Shown here: one piece after another, positions 1-6,479 of the stretch
Position numbering within the stretch: position 1 is the first letter of the stretch
How the letters are laid out: each line of letters starts with the position of its first letter
Origin: a virus
Taxonomy: Duplodnaviria > Caudoviricetes
Virus record (IMG/VR): IMGVR_UViG_3300033076_001099
Location: 1 to 36,044 of that record
Reading direction: 5' to 3' (one strand)
Length of the DNA: 36,044 bases
Program-made: the position numbers and the translations under genes
The notes under the pieces: model-generated
Told to the model about the DNA's origin: nothing
Databases searched by the model: none
Seen by the model: only the letters and a program-made list of their open reading frames with translations

Positions 1-51
1 TGCTGATAGACTCGCGACAAGACGACATTCCTTTTACTGGTGAGGTGTAAA

Positions 52-276
52 ATGTTTGAAAAACCTATGTTGATGACGGTGCGCGAGGTGCAGGAGGTAC
101 TTAGGTGCCACCGGCCCAAGGTATATGAACTAATACACTCCGGTTTGCTTGACGGTTCCAAAGTGGGATCGGATTGGCGAATTAAAACTGATTCGGTTGA
201 GAAGATCGCCGGGGAGATAGATTCTGATTTTTTTGCGGGGAGACGATGGATACGGAGTTTGACGAAGAAACGCTAG
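52..276 (+). CDS. Excisionase-like HTH_17/MerR-type DNA-binding protein (copy 1)
   Basis: LMTVREVQEVLRCHRPKVYELIHSGLL..KVGSDWRI motif; SD GAGGT at 42-46 before ATG at 52. Confidence 0.85.
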   Translation: MFEKPMLMTVREVQEVLRCHRPKVYELIHSGLLDGSKVGSDWRIKTDSVEKIAGEIDSDFFAGRRWIRSLTKKR

Positions 277-395
277 CGAAAGCGGTTGAGGTGCTAAAGC
301 AAAGCACTTCTATTGATTATATCGTTAGGTACCTACAGTTCCTCGAAAGCGAGATAAACCGACTGCAGCGAATTATTGACGGTTACGAGAATTAA
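246..395 (+). CDS. 49-aa coiled-coil hypothetical protein (not in ORF track)
   Basis: MDTEFDEETLAKAVEVLKQSTSIDYIVRYLQFLESEINRLQRIIDGYEN. Changes versus copy 2 are mostly synonymous in this frame, including within the overlap with the HTH gene. Confidence 0.8.
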   Translation: MDTEFDEETLAKAVEVLKQSTSIDYIVRYLQFLESEINRLQRIIDGYEN

Positions 396-400
396 CTTAC

Positions 401-555
401 GGGGTGAGAGAGATAAAGGTTAACCAAGAAAGGATGGTGATCCTACTTTCGTTTCGGGTGTTCTCACTCTGGGGTTTGGAGAGATGAACGTGCCAAATAC
501 TCGAATCGGCAGGATGCCGTGCAGATCTAAAGGTTCATCCTCTCCCACCCCACCC
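401..555 (+). ncRNA. Candidate structured RNA or leader with two long stems
   Basis: 401-410 pairs with 461-470; 471-489 pairs with 533-551; internal hairpins AGGAT/ATCCT and CGGC/GCCG. Confidence 0.4.
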
Positions 556-628
556 TTTATGGTGATGATATGGCGCTTTGTTTGTTTGTAGCAGTAATGC
601 TGTTTTTGATTTGGGTTGGGTGGAGTGT

Positions 629-766
629 ATGAAAACAGTTGTGATTGATGGCGTGGAGTACGAGCTACTGCAACGGACCCACTCGTCCGCTTGGCGAATT
701 GATGAGGGCGCTAAAAAAAGCAGTGGAAGGGTACTGTTTAAACCCTACTTGCTGGACCTGGAATAA
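629..766 (+). CDS. Hypothetical protein (45 aa)
   Basis: GGAG at 622-625 before ATG 629; MKTVVIDGVEY start is typical of small phage proteins. Confidence 0.6.
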   Translation: MKTVVIDGVEYELLQRTHSSAWRIDEGAKKSSGRVLFKPYLLDLE

Positions 767-774
767 GGAGGCAC

Positions 775-1050
775 ATGAAGCCGAGAAAGCGAAGTAAGCC
801 GCGGGCGGTGTGGGTTGGTTTTGACGTTGATAACAACGCAATCTGGGGGCCTCATACTAAACTACTTGCGACCCGATGGGCCAAACGATGCCAAGCGATT
901 GGGCGAGCAGTATCAATAGAGAAATACGTCCGCGAGGTGAAGCGGAGGGGGAACGCGGTTAATGAAGTAAAGAATTGGGACAAGAAGAAACGCGATACCC
1001 TATCTGCAATATATGAGGCACGGCAGAAGGCACAGCGTAACGACAATTAG
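775..1050 (+). CDS. Basic hypothetical protein
   Basis: Strong SD AAGGAGG; tightly packed in the early operon. Confidence 0.7.
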   Translation: MKPRKRSKPRAVWVGFDVDNNAIWGPHTKLLATRWAKRCQAIGRAVSIEKYVREVKRRGNAVNEVKNWDKKKRDTLSAIYEARQKAQRNDN

Positions 1051-1060
1051 TGAGGGCACC

Positions 1061-1273
1061 ATGACCACTGACGGCGAGGGGAGAGAGGACGATTTGAAAG
1101 AGTGCCCGTTCTGCAATAGCAAAAACATCAGGTGGGGTAACGAAGCTGGAGACTATCCGCCTATAAACGTATGCTACTGCAAACGATGCCAGATAGAGTT
1201 TGTGTTTTGTTGGCATGGAAACGAAAAGAGCTACGCAAGGGCATTCAATGAACGAGAGGAGCCAGCATCATGA
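1061..1273 (+). CDS. Lar-family (restriction alleviation-like) zinc-ribbon protein
   Basis: LKECPFC...CKRC...A.AFN.R pattern; SD GAGGG before ATG 1061. Confidence 0.65.
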   Translation: MTTDGEGREDDLKECPFCNSKNIRWGNEAGDYPPINVCYCKRCQIEFVFCWHGNEKSYARAFNEREEPAS

Positions 1274-1527
1274 CCGGCACTGAGGAGAGGGAGAGGAAGA
1301 TGGTAACACAAGAAGATTACATAAAAGCTATACGACGCATTGATCGCTACCATGAAAAGGTAGGCGCGGATATGCGGATAGTTGAGGCTTATGTAGATGC
1401 GCTAGAAGATGCCAACAAACAATGGCTAGATTTGATTGAGCGTTCAGGGCTCGGTTTCGTTATAGATCAAACGACCGGTCAAAAGCTGCTCATGCGAAAG
1501 AAATTAACTTTGGTAATGTTCGACTAG
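1270..1527 (+). CDS. Hypothetical protein
   Basis: ATGA overlap with the upstream gene; alternative start at ATG 1300. Confidence 0.65.
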   Translation: MTGTEERERKMVTQEDYIKAIRRIDRYHEKVGADMRIVEAYVDALEDANKQWLDLIERSGLGFVIDQTTGQKLLMRKKLTLVMFD

Positions 1528-1533
1528 GAGCGT

Positions 1534-1950
1534 ATGAAGAGGAAGGAAATGAAAACTAGAGGCAAAGCAATACCGAGGGAGATTAAAGAGAGAGCATTTC
1601 AGCTCGTTGCTGTGGATGGGCTTTCATACAGGGAGGTAGCTGGTATCGTTGGAATCAACGACGCCTCTTCTGTGTTTGCTTGGGTAAAAGCAATAGAGAG
1701 AGAGAAGCAGATAGAGAACCTATCGGAACCAAATATAGATAAGAATCTCCCCGTCCCTCCTAGAAAACCTACGCGCTATTATTTGAGATTGGCGTTCAAG
1801 CTAAACGAAGGAGAGTCGATTCTATTCCCTACTCACTCAGAAGGGCGTCGGATGTATAGAGCTTTAAGGGATATGGGTTTTTATGCTCGTTCAAAACAAG
1901 AGGGTAAAAAAATGCGAGTATGGAAGATAGCCGACTTAGACAGAAATTAA
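1534..1950 (+). CDS. HTH DNA-binding protein with a second small C-terminal domain
   Basis: EIKERAFQLVAVDGLSYREVAGIVGIND.SSVFAWVK is a Tnp_1/HTH_23-like helix-turn-helix; SD AGGAG. Confidence 0.7.
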   Translation: MKRKEMKTRGKAIPREIKERAFQLVAVDGLSYREVAGIVGINDASSVFAWVKAIEREKQIENLSEPNIDKNLPVPPRKPTRYYLRLAFKLNEGESILFPTHSEGRRMYRALRDMGFYARSKQEGKKMRVWKIADLDRN

Positions 1951-1951
1951 A

Positions 1952-2125
1952 ATGAACGGTCACACTACTGCAAAAAGGGGGAAGAGAGTTCGAGTTGTTT
2001 TAGTTAGTGGCGAAAGTTTTGTAGATAAATACATAGAGCATCGCAGCGCGTTTTATGTATTTGAAGGTCGCGGAAGAATAAAAACAAAAGCCATTCGTAG
2101 CTTATCAATATATCGCGGTAGATAA
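1952..2125 (+). CDS. 57-aa basic beta-rich hypothetical protein (not in ORF track)
   Basis: MNGHTTAKRGKRVRVVLVSGESFVDKYIEHRSAFYVFEGRGRIKTKAIRSLSIYRGR; starts 1 nt after the upstream stop and fills the gap. Confidence 0.7.
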   Translation: MNGHTTAKRGKRVRVVLVSGESFVDKYIEHRSAFYVFEGRGRIKTKAIRSLSIYRGR

Positions 2126-2161
2126 AGAGAATTGGAAAACTCAGAAGTAGGTAGGAGAGAT

Positions 2162-2371
2162 ATGGACTGGATAAGTGTTAAAGATAGGATGCCCACGCCA
2201 TACGCAAGCGTTTTGACATGTAACGCAAACGATCCTGACGACATTCCCGTTGTTTTGTATTGGGATAATCGGGCGGATTGGTGGGCATCAGATTTATGTT
2301 GCGAGCCTAATGGGTTCAAGGTCACGCATTGGATGCCGCTACCATCTGTAGCCACCACCCCGCAGGAGTAA
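2162..2371 (+). CDS. DUF551-family protein
   Basis: MDWISVKDRMP ... VTHWMPLP signature; SD AGGAG. Confidence 0.85.
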   Translation: MDWISVKDRMPTPYASVLTCNANDPDDIPVVLYWDNRADWWASDLCCEPNGFKVTHWMPLPSVATTPQE

Positions 2372-2377
2372 GGAGAC

Positions 2378-2632
2378 ATGACAGACAAGAAGACACCGGG
2401 GCAGAGAGCCCTCGCCTTTGCGCGAGACGGCAAGTACCAAGTGCGAGAGTTTGGATGCTTGAGCGGTACCGAGGCTACTGCATACGATTCTTTCCTCGCC
2501 GGTCGCGCCGACTTCATCGCTAACGAGCTGCCGGGGCTTTTGGAGAAGGCGAGGAAAGTACACTTCCCACGAGACGACTGGTACTACTCAGTAGCCGACC
2601 TCCTAGCGATGGCCGAGAAGGGGGAGACATGA
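2378..2632 (+). CDS. Hypothetical protein
   Basis: SD AAGGAG; operon packing. Confidence 0.7.
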   Translation: MTDKKTPGQRALAFARDGKYQVREFGCLSGTEATAYDSFLAGRADFIANELPGLLEKARKVHFPRDDWYYSVADLLAMAEKGET

Positions 2633-2868
2633 GCGACGACATTGAGCGCAGCGAACCCGCAGGGGAAGCAGAGAAGGCGTGTAAGCTATGCAAGTATTAC
2701 GACGGGGGAAAGTGCAGGAGGCGATCCCCTCAATTTTACACCTTCACTCAATACTATCCATCATACGATAGAGATACACCTGGGACTGAGCAAATAGAAA
2801 GCAGTTCCGATTGGCCTAAAGTTAACGAAGATGATTGGTGCGGAGAGTTTAGTAAGCGAGTTCATTGA
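2629..2868 (+). CDS. Four-cysteine small phage protein
   Basis: CKLCKYY..CRRRSP...WPKV...WCGEF pattern, probably metal-binding; ATGA overlap. Confidence 0.75.
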   Translation: MSDDIERSEPAGEAEKACKLCKYYDGGKCRRRSPQFYTFTQYYPSYDRDTPGTEQIESSSDWPKVNEDDWCGEFSKRVH

Positions 2869-2895
2869 AACTCGTAAAGTATTTAGAGGTAGAAG

Positions 2896-3231
2896 ATGAA
2901 GCTAAATCTTAAGCCAGGAGAGCGCCAAGCGTTTTCTAAGTCTCAAAGAAAGCTAAAAAAGAAAATAGCTAAAGCGATCAGGCACCATAAAAAGCGCTCT
3001 CATTTTAGAAAGCAATTAAGCGATGAATGGAATGGTTTTTACGGTGCTATTTTTGGGCCTGGAAGACTTGCCACAATTATGAGTTATACCGCGCACAAAA
3101 GAAGAAAGCGATTAGCAGCTGCTGTAAGCGACAAAAACCCTTTGCTTGAAAAGCTGAAAGAGCTTGGGGTTAATTCGTTTGCAACATGTGGCAGGGTAAT
3201 TAGCGCACCAATAGAGGCAGAAGATGAGTGA
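2896..3231 (+). CDS. Basic protein with a C-terminal segment homologous to the MCP N-terminus
   Basis: SD GAGGT; residues 58-106 align without gaps to MCP residues 5-53 with 18/49 identities (manual alignment). Confidence 0.75.
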   Translation: MKLNLKPGERQAFSKSQRKLKKKIAKAIRHHKKRSHFRKQLSDEWNGFYGAIFGPGRLATIMSYTAHKRRKRLAAAVSDKNPLLEKLKELGVNSFATCGRVISAPIEAEDE

Positions 3232-3653
3232 AGATAAATTTCAATGGGAAATGTATTGTAAGCAGTGCGGCTTTAAAGGAGAAGTTTGCCAGGCTATGTC
3301 CCCCCTGTGCCCCAAATGTAAAAGCCGAATGTATATCAGATATTTGTACATACTTAATAACAAGGCAGAAGATGAGTGAAGAAAAGATAGCGGATGAATT
3401 ATACGCGGAATTTTATGTAAGACGACCTAACATGATTAAGGCCATGATTAGGGAGGTTTTGCAAAAACAGGCTAATCGTTTAGCAGAAAGACTAATCGAC
3501 AATATGACCGAATTTATCATGGACGATATTTCTAGATCTAGTGAGGTTATGGCCGAGATCATCAAAGATGATCCACATGGATGGATGATTCGCGATAACG
3601 CTCTGACGACTAAAGCTAAGACGGCGAGGAAGCAATGCAAGAAGAAAAAATAA
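3228..3653 (+). CDS. Hypothetical helical protein (start may be ATG 3372)
   Basis: GTGA overlap with the upstream gene; AT-rich. Confidence 0.6.
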   Translation: MKINFNGKCIVSSAALKEKFARLCPPCAPNVKAECISDICTYLITRQKMSEEKIADELYAEFYVRRPNMIKAMIREVLQKQANRLAERLIDNMTEFIMDDISRSSEVMAEIIKDDPHGWMIRDNALTTKAKTARKQCKKKK

Positions 3654-3895
3654 CCGGCGTGGTGCTCGATATTCCTACGGTGATTCGAGAGGCGAAAGAA
3701 AGCAAGTGGATCAGCGTTAGTGAAATGATGCCACGTATCGGGGATCTGGTTGCTGTAATTATACCGTCGTTGCGCTCTCCCATAGTGCAGATTTGGGGTG
3801 GCCCTATCGTGTATTTTAAGCGCAGCGGAAAGGAGCCACGCGGCGAAGCGGTTTTATACTGGACTCCATTACCTGATCCACCGAAACACCCGTGA
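3635..3895 (+). CDS. DUF551-like protein
   Basis: KWISVSEMMP ... YWTPLPDPPK signature. Confidence 0.75.
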   Translation: MQEEKITGVVLDIPTVIREAKESKWISVSEMMPRIGDLVAVIIPSLRSPIVQIWGGPIVYFKRSGKEPRGEAVLYWTPLPDPPKHP

Positions 3896-3919
3896 CAATT
3901 CCGCCCCGTCCTGTAGCTT
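3892..3919 (+). promoter_or_regulatory. Putative promoter GTGACA-N16-TAGCTT
   Basis: Sigma70-like boxes; shares GACAATT-N7-GTC-N3-TANCT with the site at 5709-5736 on the minus strand. Confidence 0.35.
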
Positions 3920-3947
3920 AGATCTCAACTAAGTTCGACGGGGTCCC

Positions 3948-4169
3948 ATGTCCTACTTCAAGCGGGTGGAGCGTAAACTTGTTACGGGTCGGGCTGGTTA
4001 CCAGCGCGGCGTTAGGGTGCTGGTAAACGGCTCCACGAATAACGCGAAAAGCCTACCTCCTCATGTGGCAGAAACCGCCGCCGAGAAGATAGACGAATAC
4101 GTCCAGCAACTAGAGGGAATCATTTCCGACCTGTTGCGCCTAGAACGTTCGACGGAGGTAGTACATTGA
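3948..4169 (+). CDS. Hypothetical protein
   Basis: 73-aa ORF overlapping the next gene by TTGA. Confidence 0.6.
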   Translation: MSYFKRVERKLVTGRAGYQRGVRVLVNGSTNNAKSLPPHVAETAAEKIDEYVQQLEGIISDLLRLERSTEVVH

Positions 4170-5224
4170 TACGGCTTTTGATTGTTCTGTATTTCCTGAT
4201 AGGTTCGGCGCTTGCTCAAGCGCCGTGTATTGACGAACTAGGGGCGGCAAAGTATCCCCAGATACTAGTAGACGGGCACCCGGACGGGGTAGGCGTCGGG
4301 GTGTTTACGCAGCCCGACCTATTCGGTGACCCCCTCCCCGCCTTGTCACGACTAAACGTTCGCAAGTCGATCCCATTCTTTCGGTTCAATTTGAGATGGT
4401 CGGACGCGCATCAGTTCCCCCGCTCCGACTGGCCCAAAATAATCGCGGAAGCCAAAAGGATCGCGGTTTGGGTTTCCCGCAATCCTGGCCCCAGGTGCTA
4501 CGTATCGGGAGCTACAGAACATCAGTTAAACGCAAAGGACGCCGCCGACCTAGCCCGCCAGGTGCTGGCGGTTATCCCTGAGCGCTGCAGCTATGTAAAC
4601 AACCCCTGGGAGGGTAAGGGCGCATTCCTACCCCCTGGGGCGCGTATTCTAAACGAGGTTCACGGGGACAAGGCAAACCCGCCCCGTATAGGTGGGCGGT
4701 TCTCTTTTAGCTTCGACGGGTCCAGTTCTGTAGATTCAGACGTCGAAAAGATAAAATCTCGAATGCGCGGCGCGGAGTTTTTCTGCCAATGGCACCCCGC
4801 AAACAATGGGCGCCTGAATACTAACGACAAGACGCCCCGCCCGCTGCGTAAGGCTTGGCCTACGATTGAGCTTTTGGAAAGTTTGACCTTCCTTTTTACG
4901 TCGTCCGGGGTTGTTAATCTGGGCCCCAATACCCTATGGAAAAGTCACGCGGATCGGCACAATACGCCACCGGAGCCGCGAGCGTATAAGCCCGTGGTAA
5001 TTACACCCCAAAAGGCCAGCAAATTGACGATTAAGAGTTTGGGGGTTATTGTCGCGTCATCGGGGCCTGCCCAGCCGTTTAAGGATAGGCGCTATAGGTA
5101 TTATTTCCCCGTCTGGGGGTATCGTATGGCCCGCGGTCCTGGTGGTCCTGTATTCGAGCTATGGGCCGATAATAAGAGGCTGGGGAGAGTTAACCCAGGG
5201 TTTCGCGTCGGCGGATTCCGCTAG
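4166..5224 (+). CDS. Secreted protein with signal peptide; possible alpha/beta hydrolytic enzyme
   Basis: MIRLLIVLYFLIGSALA-QAP signal peptide with ALA cleavage site; SD GGAGGT before TTG; 352 aa. Function not recognised. Confidence 0.75.
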   Translation: MIRLLIVLYFLIGSALAQAPCIDELGAAKYPQILVDGHPDGVGVGVFTQPDLFGDPLPALSRLNVRKSIPFFRFNLRWSDAHQFPRSDWPKIIAEAKRIAVWVSRNPGPRCYVSGATEHQLNAKDAADLARQVLAVIPERCSYVNNPWEGKGAFLPPGARILNEVHGDKANPPRIGGRFSFSFDGSSSVDSDVEKIKSRMRGAEFFCQWHPANNGRLNTNDKTPRPLRKAWPTIELLESLTFLFTSSGVVNLGPNTLWKSHADRHNTPPEPRAYKPVVITPQKASKLTIKSLGVIVASSGPAQPFKDRRYRYYFPVWGYRMARGPGGPVFELWADNKRLGRVNPGFRVGGFR

Positions 5225-5496
5225 CGCTTTAAAACCCCGACCGCTTCCAAAGCTTCATCAATAGACCGCACCACCGCTTTAGGCCCCTTCCACGTTTGGA
5301 AAAAGGTTTCTTGCCCGGCTGATAGTTTGCCCTTAGTAGTTTTGATCTCCAATAGGGTGTTAGTTTCCCCATTTCCCACCAAGCAATCCGGGGCGTCGCA
5401 CCCCAGCCGGGAGAGGTCCAAAACGGAACACCCCACGGCGCGCAGTGCGTCGCATATTTCGTTGTGGTTCGCGTCCTTTCGCGCCGCCCTTCTCAC
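5221..5496 (-). CDS. VRR-NUC / PD-(D/E)XK nuclease (Holliday junction resolvase-like)
   Basis: RAARKDANH.EI..ALR..G.SV ... PDCLVG ... LLEIK..KGKLS.GQ..F...W.G; GTG start overlaps the upstream TGA. Confidence 0.85.
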   Translation of the reverse strand: MRRAARKDANHNEICDALRAVGCSVLDLSRLGCDAPDCLVGNGETNTLLEIKTTKGKLSAGQETFFQTWKGPKAVVRSIDEALEAVGVLKR

Positions 5497-5702
5497 TTCG
5501 ACGAAAAGACGCCCTTTACCGGTTCTGTGCCCGTGAGTCGCCCGATGAGCCCCAGAAGAGCCCCAGCACCCGCCACAATCGGCGCTATGTGAGGAGGCAA
5601 GAAACCGGACCCAAGGGCCTTTTCTGCTGCATCTGAGATTAAAGGAAGGGACGCTACAAGCCAGCCCCAAAAGGATTTAGATTGTACTAATGGTTTACTC
5701 AT
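5493..5702 (-). CDS. Holin-like membrane protein
   Basis: KPLVQSKSFWG N-terminus, two hydrophobic segments, IGRL motif; located at the end of the late operon. Confidence 0.6.
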   Translation of the reverse strand: MSKPLVQSKSFWGWLVASLPLISDAAEKALGSGFLPPHIAPIVAGAGALLGLIGRLTGTEPVKGVFSSK

Positions 5703-5708
5703 GCCCCG

Positions 5709-5736
5709 TAGATAACTGACAGGCGTTAATTGTCTA
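5709..5736 (-). promoter_or_regulatory. Putative promoter TAGACA-N16-TATCTA, nearly leaderless
   Basis: The -10-like box ends 6 nt before ATG 5702. Confidence 0.35.
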
Positions 5737-6090
5737 GGGTGTTTCTACCGCTGCGGCTGGTGCGGCAAGATTAACGTATCCAAGGCGGTGCCCAGTCAGT
5801 AAAAACGCGATCACGAAACAGAGTGTTACTATAACGATGCCCAGCATCCAAAAAATCATTTTTGCGATCCCTACATCTAATTGGGTGCGCCCCGTAGCCG
5901 CGGCCAAAAGGTGATCTTTTATATCATCAAGCGCGTCGAGTTTCTTCAAATGGCTACAATATTCCACTAGGTTAGCGTTTTGCGCCTTTATCTCACTGAT
6001 TACGGCTTCCATCCTATCCGCTCTTTCCCTGTACTCGATCCATTCATCATCGTTTAAGTGGCAACTCCCGTTTAGTCTCCCTGGGCTCAT
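5734..6090 (-). CDS. Coiled-coil protein with C-terminal TM helix (possible lysis accessory)
   Basis: TM segment MIFWMLGIVIVTLCFVIAFLLTG; SD AGGA before ATG 6090. Confidence 0.6.
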   Translation of the reverse strand: MSPGRLNGSCHLNDDEWIEYRERADRMEAVISEIKAQNANLVEYCSHLKKLDALDDIKDHLLAAATGRTQLDVGIAKMIFWMLGIVIVTLCFVIAFLLTGHRLGYVNLAAPAAAVETP

Positions 6091-6097
6091 AGATATC

Positions 6098-6475
6098 CTA
6101 CGGAGTGTAAACGCTATAATGGACCTGCACCTTGACGTTGGAAACGGCAACGGTCACCCCTAGGGCCGTACCGGTTGACGTTTCAAAGTATCCCGCATCT
6201 ATAAAAATTTTATCCCACGGGACGGCGGTATAAATAGGCGCGTACAGTAGTCGTGTAAGATTAGTGCCGCCCGATCCGTCGCTTAGAAAATACTCCCCCG
6301 GCACGGCGCTTGCCTTGTCCGTCTGGGCGTCCCACCCATGCACTCTAATCCTTTTCCCGCTAACACCACTAACTAGAGTGTTATTCCCAACCGCCGCAGA
6401 CGCAGACGCCGTGAATATTTTTGTAACTTCCCCGTTTATTTCGTACATCTTCGCCGGGGCTAAAATTAAGTTCAT
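6098..6475 (-). CDS. Small beta-rich virion protein, paralog of 15935-16273
   Basis: Shares V.GV.G..I.V.G..AQ and G[YW]FET..G..L..T....VQV.YS with 15935-16273. Confidence 0.7.
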   Translation of the reverse strand: MNLILAPAKMYEINGEVTKIFTASASAAVGNNTLVSGVSGKRIRVHGWDAQTDKASAVPGEYFLSDGSGGTNLTRLLYAPIYTAVPWDKIFIDAGYFETSTGTALGVTVAVSNVKVQVHYSVYTP

Positions 6476-6479
6476 AGCT

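Larger units (their letters stand above)
1..395. repeat. Imperfect direct repeat, copy 1 (copy 2 at 35169-35563)
   Basis: Positions 1-77 are identical to 35169-35245. After that there are about 30 substitutions, mostly at third codon positions, with no indels up to 395. Confidence 0.95.

Noticed and set aside
1-395. Diversity-generating retroelement TR/VR pair
   Set aside because: Mismatches are not adenine-specific, are mostly synonymous, and no reverse transcriptase is encoded.
1534-1950. IS3-family transposase orfA
   Set aside because: HTH only; no downstream DDE integrase ORF and no terminal inverted repeats seen.
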